This document shows positions 1 through 10,739 of a stretch of 52,306 bases of DNA, piece by piece. The translations under genes were made by a program, and so were the position numbers. The notes beneath the pieces were generated by a model. It was not told the origin of the DNA. It saw nothing but the letters and a program-made list of their open reading frames with translations, and did not search any database. Numbering within the stretch: position 1 is the stretch's first letter; every line of letters starts with the position of its first letter. Source of the DNA: Caldisphaera sp. (GTDB taxonomy: Archaea > Thermoproteota > Thermoprotei_A > Sulfolobales > Acidilobaceae); contig JBMFKU010000010.1 in NCBI GenBank assembly GCA_049971805.1, positions 1-52,306 of the forward strand, read 5' to 3'.

Positions 1-387
1 GGTATAGAATCTGGAGGAAAAACTGGATTAACTTCATTTGTTACAGGCATCTTATTTTTAATATCAATGGTTTTAGCTCCATTGTTTATAATAGTTCCTT
101 CATTTGCGACAGGAGGTGTTTTGGTAATAGTGGGGTTATCATTCATGACCTTATTTGGAAAACTAATTCAAATTACTGATCCTTTGGAATACATACCAGC
201 GTATTTAACTATACTAGGAATCCCCTTAACATTCAGCATAACTGCAGGAATAGGACTTGGAGCTATAACATATGTATTATTAAAAATATTTGCCGGTAAG
301 TTTTCCGATATAAGACCAGGAATTATACTAATTGCTATTCTATTTGCCTTATACTTCGGTTTAACAACTTATCTGGAAACAGGATAA
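1..387 (+). CDS. NCS2/AzgA-family purine permease, C-terminal part (5' end outside window)
   Basis: Frame is open from base 1: GIESGGKTGLTSFVTGILF...PLTFSITAGIGLGAITY, matching AzgA-type motifs; hydrophobic helices. Confidence 0.85.
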   Translation, partial: GIESGGKTGLTSFVTGILFLISMVLAPLFIIVPSFATGGVLVIVGLSFMTLFGKLIQITDPLEYIPAYLTILGIPLTFSITAGIGLGAITYVLLKIFAGKFSDIRPGIILIAILFALYFGLTTYLETG

Positions 388-485
388 TTTTTTTTATTTA
401 ATACATAATATTAATTATTTATAGATTTTTAATTATACTTAAAAAATTTATTATTTTATCATCTTGACTTTTAAAGGGAACAAAA

Positions 486-2876
486 ATGAGCAGAAAATTT
501 GAAAGCATTGTATTGTCTAAAAAAATTCAATCATTAGTAATATATACTTTGTTAGCAATAATAGTTGGATTTGCAACATACATAAGGTTATTACCAGCTA
601 TAAACTTTGGTTTAAGATATTTAAATGAAGCAGATCCATGGGAAAGATATTGGCTATCTTTGTATTTTTATAATCACAATTTATTAGGATTTTCAGGGCT
701 GAAAGATATTAGATTTTGGTGGTATCCTTGGGGTAGAAACTTCTTAAAAACAGAATATCTTGGAATGTCGTGGCTCACAGCATTTATCGCTAAAATTTTA
801 GGTTATAGTCAATCATATTTAACTAGTATTTTAGGATTGCTACCAGTCGCATTTTCAGTAATAGCCATGCTAGGAGCTTTCTTTGCTATATATAAAATAA
901 CAAATTCTAAGATTGCAGGTTTAGTGTCTTCATCTGTAATAGCTCTTTATCCGGTTATATTGCTTGATCAGACATTTGCAAACTTTCCGGGAAAACGTAT
1001 ATTTGGATTTGCGCTAATATCTTGGTTTTTTTACTTTTTTGCAAGATCGCTTAAAGAAAATAGCAAAAAAGGACTTATTGTGTATTCTTTATTGGCTGGG
1101 ATCTTTGGTGGTCTGGTCTCATGGTTTTGGGGCGGTTATGAATATATAGCATTATTGCTTGCTGTTTTTATGTTATTAGAGCCATTTCTAATTAAGCCAA
1201 ATAAAAATAGCCTATTTAATTATTTATTAATAATTTTAGGATATACATTAATTATAGCATCATCCCCAACAGCCGGACTTAGTTTTTATACGCATAGTGT
1301 TGGTCTTGGCTTAATAGGAGTTTTTATTTTATATATAATAGAAGAAGAAATAGGTAGATTAAAGTTCTTGAACAAGATTAACATTAAGAGTAACTTTGAT
1401 TTAAAATTGCATATATGGTTTCTTATAGTAGCATTTGGAGTATTATTATCTGTAATAGTAACTGGGTTTGTATCATTACCTAGTAGGGTATTGTTGGCCC
1501 TAGGCATTACACCATCATTGCAAAGCGTTGTTTCTTTGACCGTTGCTGAGTATCAGTCAGTGACCTTTGGTCAAGCGATGAGTGAGTATGGAGTTTTGTT
1601 TTTTATATCAATAATCGGTCTGATTATGGAGCTGTATTATATATTTACAAAGAAAGATAAAATAACAAAATTGGAAATACTAAAGCTTTCACTATTTATA
1701 TATGGTTTTGTTTTTATGTATGCTAGTATAAATGAAGCGTATTTTTTATCATCTGCCGCATTCTTCCTGTCGCTATCAACTGGAGCTACTGTTGGTACTT
1801 TCTTTAATTTTAAGAAAATAAACCATGATAAGAAAGCCAAGAAAATAATTGAAAAGCCTAATTACTCGATTGTTGCATTTGGTGCGATCCTAGCTATTGT
1901 AGTCTTAGGATTAGCCGTTGATTATACCAGATCAGATTATAATACTTTAAAATTAATGGCCCCTGATATAGAAACTAGTTATTTAGGACCAATATCAGTC
2001 CCATCATCAAATGGTAGATCTATGGTAATTGCTCCAATAAATAGTGCATGGCTAGATGCTTTAAGTTACATAAATAATTATACAGATAAAAAAGCTGTAG
2101 TGGTATCATGGTGGGACTATGGATATTGGATAGGGGTTTTAGGGAATAGGACTACTGTTGTTGATGGATCAACGATTAATGGAACACAGATAGCTATAGT
2201 TGCAGATACGCTTACTTCTCCAATAAACCAAAGCCTTGGCTATTTAACATTATTTAGAGTACCAAGCAATGATACTTATTTGATAGTATATGATGTTTTC
2301 ATAGGCATTTATAGTAATTCATCTAATACAGCCGTTATGTTTCCATATCCAACTATTTATTCAATAAATCCAAGTTCAAGGGTTTACGGAATAACCTACG
2401 GTCTTGGTGATATTGCAAAGTCTTATCAAATGCTTAGAATTGCAAACAAGGTCAATCCTATTTATGGAAACCCATTAACTTCTAGCTATTCATCAATATC
2501 TACATATAATAATTATGTTTATTATCAATTCCCAGCCTTTTATGGATCTCCTAAAAATAACGTTTCGACAACATTAGATACAACTATATATAATCTGATG
2601 TTTTATGGCATAGGTGTTTTAAATAAATATGGATATTTCGGTACAGGTGCAAAGTTTTTAGAAAACGTTTCATCATTTACACCAGCAGCTATAAGTTACA
2701 TAGATCCTACAACTGGGAATATAGCATTTCAGCCAGTATCAGTACCTAACCCGACTCAATATTATGAGCTAGTAAAGGTTTTTGTTTCAATTCCATATTC
2801 TTGGAATTTACAAGGAACTGAAAATACATACTTTTATGCTGTTGTAGTATTTCTTTACAAAGCAAATATTTCTTAG
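486..2876 (+). CDS. aglB: Oligosaccharyltransferase AglB (STT3 family)
   Basis: Polytopic N-terminal region with EADPW and TVAE motifs, WWDYG motif, and DK-type motif DIAKSYQM. Confidence 0.93.
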   Translation: MSRKFESIVLSKKIQSLVIYTLLAIIVGFATYIRLLPAINFGLRYLNEADPWERYWLSLYFYNHNLLGFSGLKDIRFWWYPWGRNFLKTEYLGMSWLTAFIAKILGYSQSYLTSILGLLPVAFSVIAMLGAFFAIYKITNSKIAGLVSSSVIALYPVILLDQTFANFPGKRIFGFALISWFFYFFARSLKENSKKGLIVYSLLAGIFGGLVSWFWGGYEYIALLLAVFMLLEPFLIKPNKNSLFNYLLIILGYTLIIASSPTAGLSFYTHSVGLGLIGVFILYIIEEEIGRLKFLNKINIKSNFDLKLHIWFLIVAFGVLLSVIVTGFVSLPSRVLLALGITPSLQSVVSLTVAEYQSVTFGQAMSEYGVLFFISIIGLIMELYYIFTKKDKITKLEILKLSLFIYGFVFMYASINEAYFLSSAAFFLSLSTGATVGTFFNFKKINHDKKAKKIIEKPNYSIVAFGAILAIVVLGLAVDYTRSDYNTLKLMAPDIETSYLGPISVPSSNGRSMVIAPINSAWLDALSYINNYTDKKAVVVSWWDYGYWIGVLGNRTTVVDGSTINGTQIAIVADTLTSPINQSLGYLTLFRVPSNDTYLIVYDVFIGIYSNSSNTAVMFPYPTIYSINPSSRVYGITYGLGDIAKSYQMLRIANKVNPIYGNPLTSSYSSISTYNNYVYYQFPAFYGSPKNNVSTTLDTTIYNLMFYGIGVLNKYGYFGTGAKFLENVSSFTPAAISYIDPTTGNIAFQPVSVPNPTQYYELVKVFVSIPYSWNLQGTENTYFYAVVVFLYKANIS

Positions 2877-2904
2877 ATTATATTCAATTTTAATTCCAAC
2901 ACTT

Positions 2905-3223
2905 TTTTCATTAGGTTTAACAATTACGGCAGTGCCTTATGCTATAATTTTGTCCATAGTTTCAGCTACTTCGTTTGAATCAAGTCTAAAGCTTACTATA
3001 GCATTTGCACTCAACTGCTTGGCATAGAATATCATCATTTCAATAGCTTGAATCATAGACTGCTCAGACATTTCTGTAAAATCCTTTATTTCTCTCTTGC
3101 TATTCCTCCTAAACCTCTAGATCTCACAGTTATCCCAAGGCAAATACTAAGAGTTTTAACTATTTTATAACGTTTAACATAAGGAGTAGTAATAACAATT
3201 GCATCTTTTTCGGACACACTCAT
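2905..3223 (-). pseudogene. YbjQ/UPF0145-family pseudogene
   Basis: ATG at 3223 gives MSVSEKDAIVITTPYVKRYKIVKTLSICLGITVRSRGLGG; after a frameshift the reading continues EIKDFTEMSEQ...AKQLSANAIVSFRLDSNEVAETMDKIIA*GTAVIV, with TAA at 2939-2937 in place of the Y of the conserved AYGTAV. Confidence 0.85.
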
Positions 3224-3521
3224 TTTAATTACCTACTTCATTTTAATTAAGCTAGCATATAAATAATTCTAATTTAATAATTTTTAATATAAATAATTCT
3301 ATTAGCAATTATTACAAATTTAAAATATGAAAAGTATTAATTTTAGCATTAAGTGCTATATGTTAAAAGATTACTGTGAAAGAGAATATCATGCATTAAC
3401 GAAAATAAGAAAATGAATTTATAAGAAAGATTGATTAAATAAAAAGTAACTATAATTCTTTATTTGAAAAATTTGCAGAAAGATAATTATAGTTATAGAA
3501 TATATTCATGTTAAAATTTTG

Positions 3522-3797
3522 TTAGCTTGTTATTTTAGGAACAAACGCTTTTCCAATAAGAATAAATGCTATAGCCAAAGCCATTAGAATGATTGCTAAT
3601 ATAATTGCAATAGTAGCTGCTTTCCAAGAATTTCCAAAAACTATTGGAATAGGACCTATCATTATAACTCCCCCAACTTCTGATTTTTGGCTTGAACTTT
3701 GTTGTGATGATGAATATATAGTACCAATAAATATGATTAGAAATCCTATAATTATTAATGCAAATCCTATAGTTAGCCATGTTGCAAAGCTTGGCAT
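3522..3797 (-). CDS. DUF131 (TIGR00304) small membrane protein
   Basis: Signature GGVIMIGPIPIVFG between two TM helices. Confidence 0.85.
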   Translation of the reverse strand: MPSFATWLTIGFALIIIGFLIIFIGTIYSSSQQSSSQKSEVGGVIMIGPIPIVFGNSWKAATIAIILAIILMALAIAFILIGKAFVPKITS

Positions 3798-3846
3798 CTT
3801 GTCTCCTATTAGTTTTATTTTAAGAAAAGGCTAAATATTTTTAATT

Positions 3847-4230
3847 TTATTTGCTCAATTCGGGAATCTTCATTAAATTCTTAACATCTATTGGAATTTT
3901 ATCAAAATATTTTCTTAAAAATTCTACATCTTCATGATACTTCCTATACTTATCGTTAAGCATTCTGGGAATGCCATCTATTATTGGGTACCATCTTCCA
4001 CAGTTTTTGCATATAATGATTCCATCGATTACATCCAAATTGACACATTTTTTGCACACATCTAAAGAAACTTCATTAGCAGGCTTTCTCTGGAAAGCGC
4101 ATTTTTCTTTACATTTAATTTTTTCTACATCTATATCAATTTTGTCCTCCTTTACATTAAGCTCATAAAGCATTAAATTATCGCTCTTGCATTCAGGGCA
4201 GGCAAGTAATTCAAAGAAATAATATCTCAT
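3847..4230 (-). CDS. trm112: Trm112-family methyltransferase activator
   Basis: LLACPEC at the N-terminus and GIIICKNCGRWYPIIDGIPRML near the C-terminus; Cys-rich insert between them. Confidence 0.85.
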   Translation of the reverse strand: MRYYFFELLACPECKSDNLMLYELNVKEDKIDIDVEKIKCKEKCAFQRKPANEVSLDVCKKCVNLDVIDGIIICKNCGRWYPIIDGIPRMLNDKYRKYHEDVEFLRKYFDKIPIDVKNLMKIPELSK

Positions 4231-4238
4231 TATCTATT

Positions 4239-5609
4239 TCACCTAATACATTTGCTCCTTATATATTTAATAGTATCATTAATTATTCCTTCTATTCTCT
4301 TTTCAGTCTTGGCTTCACCAGTTATTCTTAACAGCGGTTCAGTTCCACTAGGCCTTACAAGAAGCCAAAAGTCATCACCAAAAACCTTGACTCCATCTAT
4401 AGTAATCATCTTATATGATGAATATCTTTCTTTAACAGCTTCAACTCCACATAATGCTTGATCTCTATTTGCTTCAATTTTAGTTTTTATGGCATAGTAT
4501 TGTGGAAGCTTATCATATAAGTTGCTTAGGCTTTCATTGTATTCTGAAAGCATGTAAAGTATTAGAGCAATTGCCATCGCTCCATCTCTAACTGTATGAT
4601 GCGGAACATGCATATATCCACCATTATCTTCAAAACCACTTATGGCATCTTTATTTTTAGTGATCTCTCTAGCTATAGTAACGCTACCAACCGGAGTCCA
4701 GCCAACTTCTATGCCTTTAGGCTTTAGATATTCTTCAACAAGCGTGCTACTAGAAACAGCTGTATATGTCTTTTTATTATATTTTTTCCATATTTTTGTT
4801 GTAAATTCTGTTAATAGTGCACCAGTCCTATCCCCCCACTGAATTCTTCCATTATTATCCAATATCATAGCTCTATCAGCATCACCATCATGAGCAAAAC
4901 CAGCGTCTGCTTTAATTAAACTAATGTAGTTCATTGTATTTTGCAGGGTTTCAGCATTTGGTTCAGGATTTCTTCCAGGAAAATATGGATCCAAATTACA
5001 ATTTACTGTAAATGCCTTTACTCCAAGCTTCTTTAATAATAAAGGAGCAGTAAGAGACCCAACACTATTTGCACAATCTACAACAACTCTAAAGTTTCTT
5101 TTAGCAATTTTTTCAACATCAACCTGATTTAATACAGCATCTATATATAAATCTATTATTCCCTCTTTCACCTTAACCTCATTATCATAAGACCTTAATT
5201 CTATTTTTGATGAGTAATTATTAAAATAGTAACTTTCTATTATATCCTCTTTTTCATGAGGTATCTCAATTCCATCACCTGCTATTACCTTAATCCCATT
5301 ATATTCGGGTGGATTATGACTAGCTGTTATCATCACTCCTCCATCAAATCCCAATGCTTTAATCCCATACTGTAATGCTGGTGTTGGTAATAGGTTTGCA
5401 TCATAAACCTTTATACCTTCTGATAACAAACCAGCGGTAAGCGATCTAGCTATCATATCTCCTCCTAATCTTACATCTCTTCCAATCAATAATCTGGACC
5501 CTTTACCAAAATACGCTCCAATAGCATGACCCATTCTTAGTGTAAATTCTGGTGTTATTAGATCTCCAACAACTCCTCTTATACCATCTGTGCCAAATAA
5601 TTTAGCCAT
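4239..5609 (-). CDS. glmM: Phosphoglucosamine mutase / phosphomannomutase-phosphoglucomutase (alpha-D-phosphohexomutase)
   Basis: LFGTDGIRG, TASHNP, DGDADR and RPSGTEP motifs; substrate specificity cannot be resolved from sequence. Confidence 0.85.
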   Translation of the reverse strand: MAKLFGTDGIRGVVGDLITPEFTLRMGHAIGAYFGKGSRLLIGRDVRLGGDMIARSLTAGLLSEGIKVYDANLLPTPALQYGIKALGFDGGVMITASHNPPEYNGIKVIAGDGIEIPHEKEDIIESYYFNNYSSKIELRSYDNEVKVKEGIIDLYIDAVLNQVDVEKIAKRNFRVVVDCANSVGSLTAPLLLKKLGVKAFTVNCNLDPYFPGRNPEPNAETLQNTMNYISLIKADAGFAHDGDADRAMILDNNGRIQWGDRTGALLTEFTTKIWKKYNKKTYTAVSSSTLVEEYLKPKGIEVGWTPVGSVTIAREITKNKDAISGFEDNGGYMHVPHHTVRDGAMAIALILYMLSEYNESLSNLYDKLPQYYAIKTKIEANRDQALCGVEAVKERYSSYKMITIDGVKVFGDDFWLLVRPSGTEPLLRITGEAKTEKRIEGIINDTIKYIRSKCIR

Positions 5610-5658
5610 TTATTCTCCCCTAGCTGTTTATATGACTATAAGTTAATTTCCTTTTTGC

Positions 5659-6333
5659 TCACTTAAGTTTATAAAAATTGTTTAGTAAAAAACTAGACAA
5701 AATGCATGTTATATCCCAGGCTTTTAGATTTAGCCCATTAAATAATCTATATTTTTTATAAGTTAAATAATCTATATTTTTAGAAAAATTACCATGAGCA
5801 AATGCTCCTATACCTATAGGGAAATTTAATGTTTTAGAGCTTTCTATTATTTCTTCTATATTTGAATCCTCACCATCTTCACTTAATAAAATTAGTTTTC
5901 TTCCATTTAAGAATTCTTTTAGGCTATCAGAAATTTTCCATATTAATGGTTTTTCTGAGTTTAATGGGACTTTATTAAAGTATAAGAGTTGAGCCATTAA
6001 TCCTTTGAATCTTTCATAATTTTTTGGTAATCTAATATCATTTCTAAACTTAAATACTCTACCATCATGCACTTGCATGTAAACATCTATGTTTGAAGAA
6101 TAAGGTTTTTCCAGTATGTTCAATAATGATAAATGAATTATATCAGGTCTACCTCTTTTATTAAAATTTTTCAGCTTAAGCATGGCCTTATAATGTAAGC
6201 TAATATCTAGTAGCATAAAATCAGGCTTAGCTTTTAATTTTTTTGATAAATTTTCAATTAATTTATCTTTTTTTAATTCATTTGGTATTAATTCTAAAGA
6301 AGTCTCTAAAAATATTATTTCAAGTTTTTCCAA
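5659..6333 (-). CDS. nep1: 16S rRNA pseudouridine N1-methyltransferase Nep1/Emg1 (SPOUT)
   Basis: LLDISLH, RGRPDIIHLSLL, RLPKNYERFKGLMAQLL and IGAFAHG motifs. Confidence 0.9.
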   Translation of the reverse strand: MEKLEIIFLETSLELIPNELKKDKLIENLSKKLKAKPDFMLLDISLHYKAMLKLKNFNKRGRPDIIHLSLLNILEKPYSSNIDVYMQVHDGRVFKFRNDIRLPKNYERFKGLMAQLLYFNKVPLNSEKPLIWKISDSLKEFLNGRKLILLSEDGEDSNIEEIIESSKTLNFPIGIGAFAHGNFSKNIDYLTYKKYRLFNGLNLKAWDITCILSSFLLNNFYKLK

Positions 6334-7223
6334 AGCTCTTTCCTCTTTGCTTCTAATTGATTTATTTCAATTCCCATGAGTTCTGCTGAAGTAAGCAATT
6401 TTATATTTAATTTTTCTGCTATTTTATAGTGCTCTTTTAATTTTTCTTTATAGTTTATATCCCTTAAAAGGTGATGGTCAACAACTACAATCTTTGCTAC
6501 GTTGTTTTCTATAACTTCCTTTAAGTTGTTAAGACCCTTTTCCACAGCTTCTTCTGAAACTTTATATCCTGCAAAATATGTTGGAGGACCACTAATTATT
6601 AGCAATTCAGCTCCTTTCCAATCTAATAATGTATCTAGGGCTTCTTTATTTCCAGGACCTTGCACATCACTTGCATATATTAAAGACTTATTTTCGCATG
6701 TTATTCTTAACATAATTAATTTCCCAATCTTTGTATTTTCCTCACCATGCCAAACTGGTTTTGAGAAATCTATTTTAAGATTATCAAATTGAAATGTCTT
6801 GTTATCGGCAATGCTTACATTAGCATGCTCCTCTACTTTATTATCTTTTAAAAATACCTTTGCTCTATAAGATTGGCTTCTATTTATATTTTTTCCAGGA
6901 TCTTTGATAAGTAATATTTTCCCATAATATAGTTCAGGAGAATTTCTAACATAATGGTCATAATGATAATGGGTTATTATTATGATATTTGACATACTTA
7001 TGGCTTCCTTTATCTCTTTCATGGTATAGTTCAGCTTATCTAATTCTAATTGATGGGGGGGAAGACCATATCTTCTTGGAGCTAGTGATGCTCCCAAATC
7101 AATACCGATATTTTTGTTGCATGAATTAACAAAAGTTGCTAAACTACGAACTCCAAGACTATCTGCTCCAATAATAGATAGCTTAAATGGATTTATGAAT
7201 TTAAATTGCATCCTTTTCGCCAA
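6315..7223 (-). CDS. UPF0282 metallo-beta-lactamase-fold hydrolase
   Basis: ADSLGVRSLATFV, THYHYDH, SDVQGP, GPPTY and DHHLLRD motifs. Confidence 0.85.
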   Translation of the reverse strand: MAKRMQFKFINPFKLSIIGADSLGVRSLATFVNSCNKNIGIDLGASLAPRRYGLPPHQLELDKLNYTMKEIKEAISMSNIIIITHYHYDHYVRNSPELYYGKILLIKDPGKNINRSQSYRAKVFLKDNKVEEHANVSIADNKTFQFDNLKIDFSKPVWHGEENTKIGKLIMLRITCENKSLIYASDVQGPGNKEALDTLLDWKGAELLIISGPPTYFAGYKVSEEAVEKGLNNLKEVIENNVAKIVVVDHHLLRDINYKEKLKEHYKIAEKLNIKLLTSAELMGIEINQLEAKRKELWKNLK

Positions 7224-7256
7224 TATTAAATTTTAATAGAAAAACTAAAAAGGAAA

Positions 7257-8312
7257 TCAGCCCCTTATATTTATATGGGCCCTCTTAGCTGCTTCATTAA
7301 ATTCATCTATTGATATAGGAAGCCATGATCTAATTTCATTATAGTCCTCCTTTGTTATATATTTATTTTCGTTTTCCTCTTTGGCAGATTTTACTATTTC
7401 TCTGTAAGCTCTAGCTATTCTATCTTTTTTTGTCATGGTAGATATTATTGCTTTATTGATATCTCCCCCATATGTATATCTAGCTTTTAACAACATTTCA
7501 ATTATTCTGTTTATTCTTTCAGGTACTCCTATTACAGATCCTTTTAACTCAATCTTTCTAGGTATGCCCCATGGAACCAAACTATCGAGCATACGACTTA
7601 GTCCAGGTCTTGGTATTCTATCAACTATTCCTCCAATTAGAAAAGCATCAGCAGTTAAAACGTCTTCAGGTTTTAGTGGATTTGGTGCATCAGGTCTTAG
7701 AATAACAACTTTATCTGCATCAAACCCCCATAGTATTTCACTAGGTCTTGCATTCGAAATAGAAGCTTTATTATATCCCATCACTTCTAAAAGCCATTTA
7801 CCAGTTTCTTCATCAATACCAGTTATTGCTAAATGGGCATCCCATAAAAATTCCCTCAATATAGATAAACTTATCCCTATTTGTAGCCTTAACTTAGCTA
7901 ATTCTTCTGGAGTATGTATAAATTTCATGCTCATATCTATTACAAATAAAGGTAATGGTGGTTGGGGTAAATAATCAAGTAATGCTCTCCAAGCTAAAGA
8001 TTTTGCACTTGGGTTTGTCTTACGGCTCATCACAACATCAGCTTTTTCTTGTCCGTTAGAATATAAAATTATTTTTTTCTTACCTTTGTACTCTTGGCTA
8101 AATATTTCTTTTCCATAATAGAAACTATCTTCAATAAATGAATACTCCCTAATTAAAGCTTCAGTCGCTACATATTGAAAGCCTAATCTTGAAAGCTTGT
8201 CAAGCTCTAGCCATTCTCTAGATCCTATAGAATTGTAACCGTATGCATCCATAAGCTTAAGCAAGGCTTCATATGGTCTTGTATTTGCAACATTTTTACT
8301 CGTTTTTTCCAC
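7257..8312 (-). CDS. trm10: tRNA (A9/G9)-N1-methyltransferase Trm10
   Basis: SPOUT motifs LRPDA, FLIGGIVD and GSVIGVPERINRIIE typical of archaeal Trm10; GTG start. Confidence 0.85.
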   Translation of the reverse strand: MEKTSKNVANTRPYEALLKLMDAYGYNSIGSREWLELDKLSRLGFQYVATEALIREYSFIEDSFYYGKEIFSQEYKGKKKIILYSNGQEKADVVMSRKTNPSAKSLAWRALLDYLPQPPLPLFVIDMSMKFIHTPEELAKLRLQIGISLSILREFLWDAHLAITGIDEETGKWLLEVMGYNKASISNARPSEILWGFDADKVVILRPDAPNPLKPEDVLTADAFLIGGIVDRIPRPGLSRMLDSLVPWGIPRKIELKGSVIGVPERINRIIEMLLKARYTYGGDINKAIISTMTKKDRIARAYREIVKSAKEENENKYITKEDYNEIRSWLPISIDEFNEAAKRAHINIRG

Positions 8313-8314
8313 CT

Positions 8315-9016
8315 CTATTTCATAAATTCTTCAAGTGACTTCGAAACTATTTTACTTTTCTTTTTATAAAACTCTGTTCCCTCTAAAGTTCCCCATGAAT
8401 ATCTAATGAAATCCGGTCTATGGCCTTTATTCAGCAATTCCATAACTGAATCTACTGTATCTGGATCTGCTGGATAACCACTACCTTTAATATCATAAAG
8501 AGATTTTAAAATTTCTAATCTTTTATCTCTAATAACTTTTGCAATAATGCTTGCTGCAGATACTATTGGATAATTAACATCTGCCTTTTCTTCAACAATT
8601 AAATCTCCTCTATATCTTAGTTCTTTAAGCTTTTTTGGCAATATTTTTAGGTTACCAAATTTATCTATAATTATTTTTTCAATAAAATTTATTGAACCTA
8701 ATTGCGTTAAAATATTTTTTATGTTTATTAAAGAAGCCTTTTCCTCCAATAGATTGATGTTGTATTTGTCCAAATCAATAGGCTTGATAGGATAGATTGA
8801 AAAATAACCAAGCTTTACTATTTTATTATATAGCTCCTCCCTCTTATATGGTGTTAATTGTTTGCTATCCTTTACGCCCATTTCCTTAAGAATCGAAATG
8901 TTTTTTATTTTAGTTGCATATGCACATATCATTAGCTCGCCAACTAAGCTACCTCTACCAGCTTCATCTATACCAACTAACCATTTCTCTTCTTCTTGCA
9001 TTAAGCATACCACCAT
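8315..9016 (-). CDS. rnhB: Ribonuclease HII
   Basis: GIDEAGRG, VKDSKQL, KAD...VSAASIIAKV and GSGYPADP motifs. Confidence 0.95.
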   Translation of the reverse strand: MVVCLMQEEEKWLVGIDEAGRGSLVGELMICAYATKIKNISILKEMGVKDSKQLTPYKREELYNKIVKLGYFSIYPIKPIDLDKYNINLLEEKASLINIKNILTQLGSINFIEKIIIDKFGNLKILPKKLKELRYRGDLIVEEKADVNYPIVSAASIIAKVIRDKRLEILKSLYDIKGSGYPADPDTVDSVMELLNKGHRPDFIRYSWGTLEGTEFYKKKSKIVSKSLEEFMK

Positions 9017-9093
9017 ATATATCTATATCATATAGAGTTATTTTATGTTATAAGAAAAGTTCTACATTAAATAAAATTATAAAAATTTGTTAT

Positions 9094-9528
9094 TCAGCTA
9101 GTTGTTTGTTGCGCCTGCATATTTTTCTTCCATTCTTCAACGACATCATATCCATAGACTTCTTTAAGTAGTTCTCTTCCTTCACTGCTTACCATATCTG
9201 GATTCCAAGGAGGATCAAATGTAAGTTCTATTTCTATGTTGTTTTCATCAATATCTGGTAATTTATCTTTTATTGCTTCTTCGACATAGGCTAGTATAGA
9301 ACCAGTAAGAGGACAACCAATGGCCGTTAATGTCATAACTATCGTAACTTTTGGCTTGCCATTTTCATAGTTTGCTATTATTTGATAAATTAATCCCAAG
9401 TCGTACACATCTACAGGTATTTCTGGATCATATACTTCTTTTAATGCTTCCTCTACTTTATTAATTAAACCTTCATCGCCTGTAACTTCTAAGTTTGGAG
9501 GTCTAGATTTTTTCATATTTTCCTGCAT
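9094..9528 (-). CDS. DUF59/SufT-family Fe-S cluster assembly factor
   Basis: VYDPEIPVDVYDLGLIY, MTLTAIGCP and FDPPW motifs. Confidence 0.9.
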   Translation of the reverse strand: MQENMKKSRPPNLEVTGDEGLINKVEEALKEVYDPEIPVDVYDLGLIYQIIANYENGKPKVTIVMTLTAIGCPLTGSILAYVEEAIKDKLPDIDENNIEIELTFDPPWNPDMVSSEGRELLKEVYGYDVVEEWKKNMQAQQTTS

Positions 9529-9671
9529 TGTTATTACCCTTTTTTAATATTTAATTTAGGGCTTAAAAATAGAGATAAATATTTTTAGAACATAAACAAT
9601 TTTTATTTATAAAATTTTAAAATATTTTTAAAATATAATTATGCAAGATAATCGTTCAATAAAAATTTTCT

Positions 9672-9929
9672 TCATATTTTATCTTTATAAAGTTTATAAA
9701 TAATATAATATGAGAGCCATGGAGAAATAATCATAATTGCTATACCTAAATATAAATATAAAAAATCATTAAATTTCTCTCCTAAAATAATCATAATTAC
9801 TCCTATTAAAGCTATAATAAGGGTTAAGATTATTTGTTTATTGACAATATTCTTCAGATATCTCTCCCTTGAGTTCAATGGTTTTTTGCCTAACAATTTC
9901 CAGTGCACCTTGAGCTTTTCTCTTTGCAT
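9672..9929 (-). CDS. Small putative two-TM membrane protein (start uncertain)
   Basis: Two hydrophobic segments in the C-terminal ~55 aa; the first ~90 nt overlap the upstream gene, so the true start is probably later. Confidence 0.4.
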   Translation of the reverse strand: MQREKLKVHWKLLGKKPLNSRERYLKNIVNKQIILTLIIALIGVIMIILGEKFNDFLYLYLGIAIMIISPWLSYYIIYKLYKDKI

Positions 9930-10668
9930 TCTCTAATAAATCAGCAGATGCCAATACTTTAATTTCTAAGATTGGTCCTTTAATCTCATGGCCTAATGGA
10001 TGACTTTTTATATAGATACCTGAAAACTTTTTGTCAACTTCTTCTAATACTGGAGCAATCGATGATTCAGGAACACCAACTGATTTAAAACCGCATTCAA
10101 TTACAGCTAATGGCTTGAGCACGCCTTTTAATTTAGGCATAACTACTTCATCAAATATTGCTTCCATTTCCTTAGGCACACCTGGTAATGACACAATTAT
10201 TTTCTTGTTTTCTGTTTCAATCCAAGATCCAGGGGCTGTTCCTACAGAGTTGGGTAATGCAACTGCCCCTTCTGGTAAATAGGCCATTTTTTCTCTTTCT
10301 TTGGTTAAAGGATAATTGGCTTTGGTGAATCTTGCCTTAATTTTTTCAAGTTCTTCGTTATATAATATCAGCTTTTTGTTTAAAGCCTTAGCCACAGCTT
10401 CTAATGTTTTATCGTCATAAGTGGGTCCAAGACCACCTGTTGTTATAATTAAATTTATATCATCTCTATTTATCCCCCTTCTTAATTCTTCAACAATTTC
10501 GTAGATATCATCTGGAACAGTTATTATTCTGTTTATTGAAGCTCCTAAAAACGTTAATCTTTTGGCTAACCATGAAGCATTTGTATTGACTATTCTGCCA
10601 ATAAGCAACTCATTACCTATTGATAGTATCCAAACCTTAAAATTTTCATTTGAAGACAAGTTACCCAC
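9838..10668 (-). CDS. CinA N-terminal/molybdopterin-binding-domain protein (COG1058)
   Basis: SIGNELLIGRIVNTNASWLA, TTGGLGPTYDD, GTAPG and LPGVPKEM motifs; no PncC domain. Confidence 0.88.
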   Translation of the reverse strand: MGNLSSNENFKVWILSIGNELLIGRIVNTNASWLAKRLTFLGASINRIITVPDDIYEIVEELRRGINRDDINLIITTGGLGPTYDDKTLEAVAKALNKKLILYNEELEKIKARFTKANYPLTKEREKMAYLPEGAVALPNSVGTAPGSWIETENKKIIVSLPGVPKEMEAIFDEVVMPKLKGVLKPLAVIECGFKSVGVPESSIAPVLEEVDKKFSGIYIKSHPLGHEIKGPILEIKVLASADLLENAKRKAQGALEIVRQKTIELKGEISEEYCQ

Positions 10669-10739
10669 CTTCTATCTAATAAGGAATTAGAGGTTTTTAT
10701 CTATGTTTAGTTTAAAATTAGACATAAAAATTTAAAAAA

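Noticed and set aside
486-2876. Functional link between aglB and the PNGase A-like gene
   Set aside because: They are more than 43 kb apart with unrelated genes between; co-occurrence in one window is not evidence.
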